The notes under the pieces: generated by a model
Database searches by the model: none
What the model was told of the DNA's origin: nothing
Seen by the model: only the letters and a program-made list of their open reading frames with translations
Part shown: piece after piece, positions 44,922 to 55,703 of the stretch
Layout: each line of letters starts with the position of its first letter
How positions within the stretch are numbered: position 1 is the first letter of the stretch
Translations under genes and position numbers: made by a program
Source: Rebecca billardiae RCC1528
Lineage: Eukaryota > Protista > Haptophyta
Direction: 5' to 3'
Length of the DNA: 64,000 nucleotides
NCBI GenBank assembly: GCA_965240325.2
Contig: OZ251246.1
Coordinates: 248,001-312,000, forward strand

Positions 44922-46273
44922 CTGCTTGTCGCAGGCGCCGATGCTGCGCACGGCCTGATGGAGCCGCGAATGCTCATCAGCGCATTCGGCGCGGCGGGCC
45001 AGTTGACGGTCGACACGCGTGGCGCGCGGTGCGCCGGTCAGCCCGGTGCGCGGCCTCAGTGAGACTGCCACTCTTCGGAGACTCTGCCGCCAGTCAGTGT
45101 GAGTGACTCAGACGTGACTCTCAGCTGCCCGTCTCACCGCCGTCTGAGCATGCAAATGCGATATGGCGTGCATGCCGACTCGGGCTCTCCCGGGATTCTT
45201 GGCCCCGGGCAGTTCTCGCGGAGTACGGTCCGTAGTCGTACTCGTAGACCGTACCGCCGGCTGTCCCGGGTACTGTAGCGGGCCGGGTACCCCTGGGCAG
45301 ACGCGCCACCGGCCGCACCGGGACCGCTCACCGCACGGAGTACTGCGTCTGCTGAGTAGTCAACGCGAATGAGACTCCGCGCAGAGCCACTATTAGCCAG
45401 ATAGCGCATAGTATATGATCGAGTAGCTTAGTATACTCAACTGACAACCGGTGGCTGTCGTACTCCGGTCAGCATACACTAGCTACGCCGCAGTACGACA
45501 CGACACACTCGTGTACGCAATAGTCACACAGTCACTGTGACCGAATCACTCAATCACTCGGCCACACCGACTCCGGACTCGCCCGTCGCCGTCACTCGCC
45601 GTGACTCCGGCCACTTGGACTCGCGGTCTCGGCCCGAGTCGGCGTGCCAACACTGGTACGGTACTGGACAGTGACACTCGGTGACGGACGACAGTCAGTC
45701 AGGCGCAGTCGGCAGTGGCAACACCGCAAGGCGCAACACCCGGGGCCGGCGGAACACGGCACTGCACGTACTCCACCGGGTCCGGACTCCGGGCCGCACA
45801 GTCCGTCAGTCGGCCGACTCCGGGCCGGACCGCCAGTCCAGCGCCGGCCCGACTCACTCGTCTCATGAGACATGAGACAGTTATTCATGAGTCATGATCA
45901 GGCTGACGATTATTATTCGTCTGAATCGGACTACTGACGCGGGCTATATAATAATATATAAACCGCCAGACGGTCCGCGAACCGGACACACGCGGTCACT
46001 CTGCGACATCGGTAGTCAGCGTCGATAGCCGACCGGCCGACTCAGTCGTCGGGCCGAAGATCAAGATCCGCGACGCTAGGCTTGGCGAATGGGCGGAATG
46101 GCGGCTACGGGCGACGCGGTGATCGACCGCGCGTTCGAGTCGCGCCAATTCCGAGTTCTCATCGCCAGCGTGAGTCGTGACCGTGTGGCGGACACGGTGC
46201 GCACCCGACGACTGGCGCCCGTTGGCGGGGCACGCCTGGCGGGCCTCGAGCCTGCTCCCTGCCTCCGCCCGCC

Positions 46274-47713
46274 TCACGACATGTCGCGCGGGTCGAAGAA
46301 GTTGTCTGGCGCGAGCGGGCGCAGCGTCTCGGCCGCGGCCGGGTCGGTCGCTTGGGCGTCGCCCGCATCGTCATCCGCCGCGGTCGACGGCGCGAGCAGC
46401 TTGTGCCAGAACTCGGTGGCCGCGCGCTTCCTCGACGCCCCGCCCGGCAGCGCCGCGGCGTCGGCGGGCGCGGGCGCGCCCGCCGAGTCGGACGGCATGC
46501 GCGCCAGCGCGTCGCTCGCCGCGCCGCTCGGCAGCAGCCGTTCGGCGCCCGTGGCCGCGCGCGCGGCGTCGGCCGGCGCCGAGGGATCATAGCTGGCGAC
46601 CGGGTCGGCGATGTCTGAGTTGGTGAGCAGCATGGTGAAGCCGAGCGCGCGCGCCTCCTCGGCGACGCGCGCGCGCACCGCCGCCATCAGCGGCTGCCAC
46701 GCCGGGCCGGTGCCCACCGCGGCGAACGCGCGCGCGCGGAACGCGTCGCGCGATCGACACCACGCGGCGAACCGCGCGGCGACGACCGTAGACCACGCGC
46801 ACGTGCTCACGAGCGCGGCGGCAGCGAGCATCGCGGCGCCGGAGTCGGAGTCGTACGCGGCGAGGCAGGCGCGCGTGAGCCCGAGCACGAGCGCCGCGCC
46901 CGCGCCCACCAGCGCCGCCGGGCCCGCCACGCGCCACGACTGCGCCGTCAGGAACACGCGCACCGGCCGGAATGATGTGAAGGTAGCGCCGTGCCAGAGC
47001 GAGAGCGCGGCGCGCGAGCCGGCGCCGTCGTCGCAGACGAAGGTGCCGAGGTAGAGCTCGGAGTGGAGGAGGCGTCGGAGGTCCTCGCGGGGCAGCGCCA
47101 GGTCCCGCCCGGCGTACGCCCCGTCGATCACCGCCAGCGCCTCGTCGACCGTCTCGATGCGCCGGACGCCGCCCGCGCGCGACGCGGCCGCCTGCTCGGG
47201 CGCGGACGGTGCCTTCGGGGAGTAGAGGAGCGTGAACTTGAGGCGGCGGGGCGAGGCGGGGCGCCAGCCGAGCCGCGTGTACAGCGCCTTGGCCTTCTTG
47301 TTGTCCGCGTTCACCGAGAGGTACAGGTACTCCACGCCCAACGCCGGCGCCGCGCAACGCCGCTCGACCTCGCGGCTCAGGCCCAGGCCGATCCCGCGCC
47401 GCTGATACGCCTCGGAGACGCGCAGGTCGAAGACGTAGCCCACGGTGCGCAGCGAGCCGTGGACGTAGGCGCGCTTGATCGCGACGGCGACCACCCCGCA
47501 CACCGCGCCGCCGCACGTGTCGTCCACGCACACGAGCACGAGCTTGGCCGGAAACAACGAGGCCTTTGCGTCGAATGCCTGGTGGTGGATAATCGTCATC
47601 TTGACCAGGCCTCGGTAGGCTTGGAACTGGGAGGCGAGCAGCTCGAGCTGCTTGCACGCCTCGTCGTCCGAATCCACATAGTCGCGCACGCGCAGCCCGT
47701 CGCTGAGCGCCAT
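46274..47713 (-). CDS. GNAT N-acetyltransferase, HOOKLESS1-like
   Basis: GYVFDLRVSEAYQRRGIG (motif A), YLYLSVNADNKKAKALYTRLGW (motif B); two hydrophobic segments in the C-half; probable start MALSDGLRV. Confidence 0.8.
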   Translation of the reverse strand: MALSDGLRVRDYVDSDDEACKQLELLASQFQAYRGLVKMTIIHHQAFDAKASLFPAKLVLVCVDDTCGGAVCGVVAVAIKRAYVHGSLRTVGYVFDLRVSEAYQRRGIGLGLSREVERRCAAPALGVEYLYLSVNADNKKAKALYTRLGWRPASPRRLKFTLLYSPKAPSAPEQAAASRAGGVRRIETVDEALAVIDGAYAGRDLALPREDLRRLLHSELYLGTFVCDDGAGSRAALSLWHGATFTSFRPVRVFLTAQSWRVAGPAALVGAGAALVLGLTRACLAAYDSDSGAAMLAAAALVSTCAWSTVVAARFAAWCRSRDAFRARAFAAVGTGPAWQPLMAAVRARVAEEARALGFTMLLTNSDIADPVASYDPSAPADAARAATGAERLLPSGAASDALARMPSDSAGAPAPADAAALPGGASRKRAATEFWHKLLAPSTAADDDAGDAQATDPAAAETLRPLAPDNFFDPRDMS

Positions 47714-47930
47714 CCCGCCGGCGGCCTCGCACGAGCCGCGCGCGGGAGGGGCGGGCTCGCGAAAAGCTCGCCGGCCTGCTGTCGGGCCCGCCGCGGCGGC
47801 CCCGCTCGGGCTGGGCTGAAAGCGCGACGGCCGACCCGGACGGATCAAGTTTCGTGAGTCCTTGCCGCCATCGCGTGGCGCAAGCAAAAAGCACGTGGAC
47901 GGTCGGTCCTGATCGGCGAACGTCGCCGGC

Positions 47931-49040
47931 ATGACGAGCATGCGCGCGCTCGCGCTCGTCGTGCTCGCGCTGGTGGGCGTACCGTGCGCCGTGCGCAGCT
48001 CGAGCGTGCGCCGTGGCCCCGACTACACGCGCGGTGGCCCGCGCCGTGCCGGCAGCAGCCCGCCGCGCACCCGGCGCCCGCCGGCGGGCGCGCGCTCTTT
48101 CGAGTCGGCCGGCGCGGTGCCGACAGATTCCGTGTACGGCGTGAATCCGGTGCTCGCGGCGCTGACGGCGGGGCGGCGCCCGGTGCACACGCTCTACCTC
48201 CAGGACTCGCTCGCGCCCAAGGCGCGCAAGGACGCCGCCGCCCTCGAGCGCATCGTCAGCCTCGCCGAGCGCGCGGGCGCTCGGATCGTCCGCGTCGACA
48301 AGGGCGAATTGAATAATATGGCGCGGAATAAGCCGCACCAGGGGTTGCTGCTCTCGGTGGACGCGCTGCCCGAGCACAGGCTGGCCGAGCTGCCGCCCGT
48401 GCAGCCCACCGAGGCCGGGTACCCCGTCTGGCTCGCGCTTGACGAAGTCCAGGACCCGCAGAATCTGGGCGCGCTGCTGCGCTCCGCCCACTTCCTCGGC
48501 GCGAGCGGCGTGCTCGTGTCCGCGCGCAACTCGGCGCCGCTGTCGGGGGCGACGTCGAAGGCGAGCGCGGGGGCGATGGAGGTGATGCGCGTGCACTCCA
48601 CCACCAATCTCGTCTCCACGCTCGCTCGCTCGCGCGCGAACGGCTGGCGCGTGCTCGGCGCCGCGCTCGGCTCGCCGTCTGAGACAGTCCTGGCGCACGA
48701 AGCCAAACTGCATGGGCCGACGGTCCTCGTGCTCGGGAACGAGGGCTCGGGGCTGCGCACGCTGGTGCGGCGCGAGTGCGACGAGCTCATCGCGATCCCC
48801 GCCGCGCCGCCCGGCAGCGCGGACGCCTTCGGCGCTGAGGACGGCTGGGATGCGGACGACGAAACCGAATCCACCGACGCAGGCGTCGGCGCGCGCGCAG
48901 ACGATGTTGATGGTGACTACGGCGGCGGTGCGCGGGGTGGCTTTGCAGTCGACTCGCTCAACGTGAGCGTCGCCGGCGCCATCCTGCTCCACCAGCTGCT
49001 GCTGCAGCGGCACGCGGCCGCCGGGGCACAGAGTGAGTGA
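47931..49040 (+). CDS. MRM1: SpoU/TrmH-family rRNA 2'-O-methyltransferase (RlmB/MRM1 type), organelle-targeted
   Basis: VYGVNPV, HQGLLL, LDEVQDPQNLGALLRSA, LGNEGSGLR, VDSLNVSVAGAILL; N-terminal targeting-like peptide. Confidence 0.9.
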   Translation: MTSMRALALVVLALVGVPCAVRSSSVRRGPDYTRGGPRRAGSSPPRTRRPPAGARSFESAGAVPTDSVYGVNPVLAALTAGRRPVHTLYLQDSLAPKARKDAAALERIVSLAERAGARIVRVDKGELNNMARNKPHQGLLLSVDALPEHRLAELPPVQPTEAGYPVWLALDEVQDPQNLGALLRSAHFLGASGVLVSARNSAPLSGATSKASAGAMEVMRVHSTTNLVSTLARSRANGWRVLGAALGSPSETVLAHEAKLHGPTVLVLGNEGSGLRTLVRRECDELIAIPAAPPGSADAFGAEDGWDADDETESTDAGVGARADDVDGDYGGGARGGFAVDSLNVSVAGAILLHQLLLQRHAAAGAQSE

Positions 49041-49353
49041 GCTACGTGCAGAATGCGGTGCCAGGGCCTGTAATCTCGCCTGCCTGAGAGCTGTGTCATG
49101 TGTGCGTCTTTTCTTAGTTACAAACTGTAGCATCACTAATCTTCCTTTGCCTTGGTCAGCTGCAGCTGTGTGCGTCTCTTATTATTCTTAGTAAACTGTA
49201 TGGGTACTATTTGGTACTATGGGGGGGGCGCAGGATCAATCCCATCCGGCCATCCCGCGCGCCCTTGGCTGATCCTAGTCATCCCGCCACGACAGAAGTA
49301 ATTAATCAGCGCTCCCAAGCCGTCCGCCCCCGCCGCGGCGCCGATCAACCGAG

Positions 49354-51600
49354 ATGCTAACGAGCGGCACGCGCACTCTGGTGCGCGGCGGACTGGCCGC
49401 CTCGGCGATCGGTCTGGCGCTCCTCGTGTGCACCTTTGTGCGCGAGCACGCCGCCGCGCACGCCGACGCGCAGCCCCTCGCCCTCAGCCGCGCGGCTTTT
49501 GGCGCACACCTGCGCCGCCTGCCCGCGCACGTGCCGCACCACGTGTGCGTGACGGGCTCGCACGCGGAGCAGACGGCGCGCGCGCTGCTGCTCCCCGAGG
49601 ACACCAAGCTGCGCTCGTTCGACATGCCCTCCCGCCTCAACCCGGAGAACGAGTGCACCGCGCTCGAGGCGGCGGTCGGGCACACACTCGTCACGGTTGC
49701 CGAGATTATTGAGGACCGGTGCGCCGCGCGCTGGAAGGTGCACACCTCGACGTGCGACGTGCTGGTGCACGCGGAGGAGGGCGCGGAGTGCGAGCAGCTC
49801 TTCAAGCTCCGCGCCATCGCCGACCAGCCGCACGCGCCGCTCGTCGTGCTCGCCGCCGGCTGGTCGCACGACGCGGGCGCGCCGGCTGACGCGCCGTTGC
49901 TGCACTGCTACAAGGCGCGCGTGCGCCGCGCCGCGCAGCAGAAGCTGGCGCCGCTCGAGGCGGAGGCGATGGCGCCGCACACGGCGCTGCCGCTCCACGG
50001 TGGCGCGCGCACGGGCGTTGCGCTGCACGCGCTCATGCGCGAGCTGCTGGCGCAGACGGCCGGCGCTCGGCCGCACAGCCACGCGCACTGGCTGGCGCGC
50101 TCGGCGGTGCACGCGCAGCGCGACGACGCGCGCGCGCTGCGCTCGCGCCTGCTCGAGGGCGACCCGTCCGTGCGGGTGGTCGACGTGCATGTTGAGATGA
50201 TGAAGGCGTCGCAGGGCCTGCCGCACCGCCTTGCCCACCTCGCGCCGCACGCGCCCGTGCCGGAGGCGGACACGCCGCCCGCCGCCGAGGGGCCTCAGGG
50301 GCAGGGGCAGCCGGCGCGCGCGGCGCAGCGGCAGCCGCAGCAGCGCCGCCGCCGCGCGCAGGAGGAGGAGGAGGAGGAGGAGCAGCCGGCCCTCGTGATC
50401 ACGGCGGACTCCGGCATGATCAGCGCCGGCTTCGCCGGCGACGACGCCCCCCGCACCGTCTTCCCCGCGATCGTCGGCCGCCCGCGGCACAAGGGCGTGC
50501 TGGTGGGCCTTGACCAGAAAGACGTGTACGTGGGCGAGGAGGCGCAGGCGAAGCGGGGCATCCTTACACTCAAGTACCCGATCGAGCACGGGATCGTGAG
50601 CAGCTGGGACGACATGGAGAAGCTCTGGCACCACGCCTTCTACAACGAGCTGCGCGTCGCGCCCGAGGAGTTCGCCGTGCTGCACTCCGAGGCGCCGCTC
50701 AACCCGAAGGCCAACCGCGAGAAGATGACGCAGATCATGTTCGAGACGTTCCACGTGGGCGGGTTCTACGTGTCGGTGGACGCGGTGCTCGCGCTGTACG
50801 CGTCGGGGCGCACGACGGGCATCGTGCTCGAGGCGAACGACGGCGTGATCCACTCCGTCCCCATCTACGAGGGCTACTTCCTGCCGCACGCGGTGCAGCG
50901 GCTCGACATGGGCGACCGCGACCTGACGGAGTACATGATGAAGCTGCTCACTGAGCGCGGCTACAGTTTCACCACGGACGCCGAGCGCGAGGTCGTGCGC
51001 GACATCAAGGAGAAGCTCGCCTTCGTCGTGCAGGACTACGACGACGCACTCGAGTCCTCGCGGCTCTCGCACAACGACCTCGAGACGAGCTACGAGCTAC
51101 CGGACGGACAGGTCATCCAGGTCGCCAGCGAGCGCTTCCGCGCCACCGAGCCGCTTTTCAAGCCGAGCTTCCTCGGGCTGGAGCAGGAGGGCATCCACAC
51201 GCTGGTGTTCCAATCCATCATGAAGTGCGACACCGACATCCGGACGGACATGTTCAGCAACGTCGTGCTGGCGGGCCCCGCGACCAGGTACGACGGGATC
51301 GTCGCTCGCATGGAGAGGGAGTTGCAGCACCTCGCGCCCGACTCGATGAGGATCAAGATAGTGCGCGCGCGCGCGCGCGCGTGCGTTTGCGCGTGTGTAC
51401 TGCACCGCGTGGCCATGCTCACGCCATGTCGTGCGCGCCATCGCGCCGCACCGCAGATCGCGCCGCCCGCGCGCAAGTACTCCACGTGGATCGGCGGCAG
51501 CATCCTCGCCTCGCTCAGCACCTTTCAACACATGTGGATCACGAAGGCCGAGTACGACGAGGCCGGTCCGTCCATCGTCCACCGCAAGACCGGGCAGTAG
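49354..51600 (+). CDS. Actin fusion protein: 336-aa N-terminal extension plus divergent actin (716 aa after removing intron 51361-51456)
   Basis: Full-length actin from 50362 ([50 protein letters not shown]); 96-nt in-frame GT-AG intron; no stop between the upstream domain and actin. Confidence 0.88.
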   Translation: MLTSGTRTLVRGGLAASAIGLALLVCTFVREHAAAHADAQPLALSRAAFGAHLRRLPAHVPHHVCVTGSHAEQTARALLLPEDTKLRSFDMPSRLNPENECTALEAAVGHTLVTVAEIIEDRCAARWKVHTSTCDVLVHAEEGAECEQLFKLRAIADQPHAPLVVLAAGWSHDAGAPADAPLLHCYKARVRRAAQQKLAPLEAEAMAPHTALPLHGGARTGVALHALMRELLAQTAGARPHSHAHWLARSAVHAQRDDARALRSRLLEGDPSVRVVDVHVEMMKASQGLPHRLAHLAPHAPVPEADTPPAAEGPQGQGQPARAAQRQPQQRRRRAQEEEEEEEQPALVITADSGMISAGFAGDDAPRTVFPAIVGRPRHKGVLVGLDQKDVYVGEEAQAKRGILTLKYPIEHGIVSSWDDMEKLWHHAFYNELRVAPEEFAVLHSEAPLNPKANREKMTQIMFETFHVGGFYVSVDAVLALYASGRTTGIVLEANDGVIHSVPIYEGYFLPHAVQRLDMGDRDLTEYMMKLLTERGYSFTTDAEREVVRDIKEKLAFVVQDYDDALESSRLSHNDLETSYELPDGQVIQVASERFRATEPLFKPSFLGLEQEGIHTLVFQSIMKCDTDIRTDMFSNVVLAGPATRYDGIVARMERELQHLAPDSMRIKIVRARARACVCACVLHRVAMLTPCRARHRAAPQIAPPARKYSTWIGGSILASLSTFQHMWITKAEYDEAGPSIVHRKTGQ

Positions 51601-52046
51601 AGTCGTCTTGGCTACTTGAGTAGCGAGTCTCGTCAGCACCGGCAGGCTCGGCTTGCCACGGCCGACGCCTCGAGCCGCGTCACCGTTATTCGTCATGACG
51701 GTAGGCGTTGGGCGGGGGGCTCATACACGCGGCGGGCCCGGGCCGATTAGGCTTATATTAATTATTATATTACTGATCATAAGAACCGGACACGTACTAT
51801 AGACTAGACTATAGTAAGATTCTCAGTATGTAGAGTCGTAGTGTATTAGTGTCAGTAGTAGTACAGTTTACTAATATAAGAATAAGAGACGCACACAGCT
51901 CAGGCAGGCGAGATTCCTGTACTACATCCGCATTGAAGAATGAGGCCGCTGATGCATATATATATATATACTGCTGGAGTGCTGCTCGGTATGTCTGTGT
52001 AAGTGTGATGAGTGTGAGCGCAATAAGGCGCGTAGTCCGCGGCTAT

Positions 52047-53387
52047 GGGTGAAAATCCCATTTTCTGGCCTATCCGGGCGGAAAATCCGGCTGCTCAGAT
52101 CTGACCGGACCGGGACCCGGACAGCACAGTATCTAGGGACCAGACACTTTTACATCTTCGTTCTCTTCGGATTTGAGCATGGGGCGGCGCCCCATTTGCA
52201 CAGTCAAAAGACCGCGGGTGTAAAAGCAACCGTTGTCGAGTTCGATGTAGCGGCTGGGCGAATTAGTGAATAAAAAAACAATTCACGAGACACTTGCGCC
52301 CACGGCCGCGATGGCGTGCGCCGTCCACCCACGACGGAGTCGTGGACGGACATCGCTACACAGCCTACGCGACAGGCGTTGTCGTGATCGAGGTGCCCGT
52401 GCCCGTTGTCGATAGCCAAACGATTGGCACGACGACCTGGCACCACATCCGCGTCAAGCGCGGCGAGGCCGTGGTCCAGCGCGTGTGCGGCAAGCTGGCC
52501 GATGTGCGGACGGCGTCGGGTGGCGCAGGGGCTCCTGCCGATGCTACCTGGCGGCTGCTGCGGGGCCTGCTGCCGTGGTCGAACCTGAGGCAGAGGGTGA
52601 GTCAACCGCGGAGCAGCTCAACGCTTCCGAGATCGAGCTGCGCGCGGTCGGACCAGATGACGGCCCGCGGCCGTCCAAGCGCACACGCAAGGACGCCTGA
52701 GCACACGCGTTCAGTCCGAGCAAAGCCTGGTCGGCGTACGAGCGCGAGCCAGCTCAGACACGGCACGAGCGCACGCGTGACGGCTCGTACGATGAGCTCG
52801 TCGGCTTGGTCATCGGGCTGCTGTCGCTCGTCGCCTCGCTTGTCACGTCACACTCAGCTGAGCAGAGACATCACTCCCGCCGTTCAGCTGATCGACGAGG
52901 ACGAGGCGGCCAAGGCGGCGGCGGCTCAAACGCCTGGAGGAGGAGCGCAGGAGGAGGATGAGCTCCCAGCGCTGAGCCTGTGGGGCCGCGCCGAGGCCAG
53001 GCACCGCGGCCAGCGGCTGCAGTCGCGGGTGGCTGCCGGACAGCAGCTCGGCGGCACACGCTCACTCTTACTTACGTCGATCCTCTTGCTCGAGAGTCAA
53101 GGCGGCGGGCAAGGTGCAGGCCGCACGCGAGCTTGCTGAGCGTGCGCAGGCCAAGCCGCAGCTGAGCCCCGAGGGTGCTCGGGACGCCGCGTGCGCAAGC
53201 AGGCCGCCTCGCAGCAGATGGTGCTTCGCATAGTAACTACGCTGATACTACAATGTAACCCGCGAAAAAATTTCTTCGCACTGCGTGCGCTTTATTCCCA
53301 TTATTATTTTATTCCTTATTCGCGTATTAAATGCCGCTTTTCCGCCTCCCCAGTGCGGAAGTGCGCCAGAAAATGGGAATTCCACCC
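52047..53387. mobile_element. TIR element 'C' copy 2, intact, inverted relative to copy 1
   Basis: Same TIRs; TSD CTAT (52043-52046, 53388-53391); about 3 substitutions versus copy 1; contains the empty TA site (plus strand gggtg-TA-aaagcaacc, ~52221). Confidence 0.92.
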
Positions 53388-55032
53388 CTATATGCTTTTC
53401 ATCACGACTCCCGTGATACTGAGTCCTGTTATCATTGGCGCCTCCAAGATGATGATGTCACGTACGTACTCCTTATTAAAATATTATATATAATATATAT
53501 AAGGAGACACTGACTCAATTTCAGCTTGGGCGGACGCAAAGCTGTGTGCGCCCCTCGCCCTCGCCGTCGAGGACCATACGCCGCAGGACGCCCGTGCTCG
53601 CGGTGAGCAGGCACTGCTGCCAGCGGGCCGGCGGGTCCGTCCGCGGCCGCGCGGAGCACAGCAGCATGCTCCGCGCCACGGGCGCGTTGGAAAAATGACG
53701 GTACCCCAAACCACCGCACGACCCCAGCAAAACGTATACTAGTATCACGGAAGTCGCGTGTGCACGCTTGGCGCGGGCGTGTGCCACTTGGTCTTGTGTG
53801 CGGCATTGATGCTGGCGAAGTGAGCCGCCTTCTCTTGCTGCCCCTGAGGCAAGGGTGGGCTATAACGCGTCATGACGCCCATTTCCAGCGTCACGTCATG
53901 AGCCTGTGGACGTCACGCGTTTTACGCGTAATTTACGCGTCATAGCAACACGTCTTTTGGCGGGTACCGTTTCGTCCGTTACGTATGTATTTTTGTAATT
54001 GGTGATATATTAAAAGGAGTTGACCGGTTTCGGGGTTCCCTTCCCGTATCTAGTTAGTCAGTGCGCCGGGTTCCGGCCGGACTGCGGCACAGCAGTGGGC
54101 TCGTCGCCCCAAGGCGAGGGCTCCCGCTCCCGCACCCATGTGGCCGTGGAGCTGGAGGATCCACGAGCTGGTGTTGGGGCAGGGCTGCACCGCCGCCCGG
54201 CACCGCGGCGCCGCCACGCGGCGCGCGCGCGCGGCGCCGCGCGCGCAGCCGCCTGTGGCACTACTGTGACTAGTGTGAGTCCGGGTGTGCCAGGCGTGGG
54301 CAGAGCGCTGTCCGGGCGTCACGTTACGCCATTCCTCGCGTCACGTCATGACGTCATGACGTGACGTCACGTCATGACGCGTCACACACGCCCAGCCTTG
54401 CCCTGAGGATGGGAAGCACTACCGCATACCCCACACTCACTCCGTCTCCTGCCGATGAGGCCTGATGTCTCACTGATGAAGCGGAAGCGACACGCCCGGA
54501 AGCACTCGCGATGCCGCCGAGACAGGCAACACCGTTGCCCAGCGTCGCCTTGTGGGACATGGCGAGCCGCTGGAGCGGCCATGCTCTCCCAGCTCGCGCG
54601 GCCACCCCACTGCGCCCCCCCCCCCCCCCCGCCCATCCGCTAAGACTAGATAGATTCGTATCTTCGTCCGGGCCGCGTTGGGCACGGACGGACGACGTAC
54701 TGAGCTCGAAGCAAAGAACATTCGTCGAGTTTTCGGAATAAAGAGAGGGGAACGAGGACGGCGCGACACTTATTCATGCATCTGAAGCATTCGCGACGAT
54801 GATGTATGATTATTCTTATATCAATTTGCATGCGGACCAAGCTTCGACCAGTACCACTACAGACGAATCAGGAGAGCTGCGCCCTCGTGCCTGTGTCTTT
54901 AAATCATAGAATTGGTCCAGCCGGGCAAGCGCGGGTTCATCCGGTCATCGGAAGTACTCAGAGTAGCACCTGCACATGATGATGAGTGGTATTTTAGCGT
55001 ATAGTACGTTAAAGTAGTATATTCTGTAGTAT

Positions 55033-55300
55033 GTCAAGTCGTCATCATTGCTTGCCATGTCATTAGATACGCATCATCATATGGAAGCCCATGGCGCACA
55101 TTCTCTCTCTATGCCTCCGCGTCCCCTCGGCACTGATATATTACCGGCGAAAGATCAAACCTAACGACGAGTATAAAGCCTGGGAGGAGGATGCTGAGGA
55201 ACCAATCGAGGGGATGCGGAGGCATAGAGAGAGAATGTGCGCCATGGGCTTCCATATGATGATGCGTATCTAATGACATGGCAAGCAATGATGACTTGAC
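55033..55300. repeat. Inverted repeat / MITE-like hairpin, ~95-bp arms with 77-bp loop
   Basis: 55033-55129 is the near-perfect reverse complement of 55207-55300; no clear TSD. Confidence 0.85.
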
Positions 55301-55703
55301 GCCAAGCGCAACTTCTTTCCGTTTCGTGGGAAAGTTCGATCAGGAATTCGTCAGCACAAATTCACGTGGTACCCCCTCAGCTCCGCTCAGCCTGGCGCTT
55401 TACTACAGGTTACGAAGAATCAGAGACACACACAGGTCGCAGATGTATTCGTAGTGATGCGTGATGATGCGCGAATATGACCGCACGTCCGCAGATGCTC
55501 AACCGGCTCAACGATCAGGCGGGGAGGGGGTACTCGTTGGCGGTCAACCGGTGGGGTAACCAGCCTGGAAGCCTGGAGGGTACACATCACCAATCGATCT
55601 GAGTGCAGTGAAGTGTGAGCTCCGCGCATCAGGCAAGCAACCCGCCGCCATGCAAATGAGCGCGGGCGCGGTCCATCAGTATTCATCCACGGGGGCACGC
55701 AGC

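Noticed and set aside
46587-49136. 849-aa minus-strand ORF and other long antisense ORFs (for example 49357-51072 and 58977-60365)
   Set aside because: Shadow frames of real GC3-rich genes, with no domain motifs.
51361-51456. 32-aa insertion in the actin domain ([10 protein letters not shown]...)
   Set aside because: It is an in-frame 96-nt GT...CAG intron; removing it restores IKI-IAPP.
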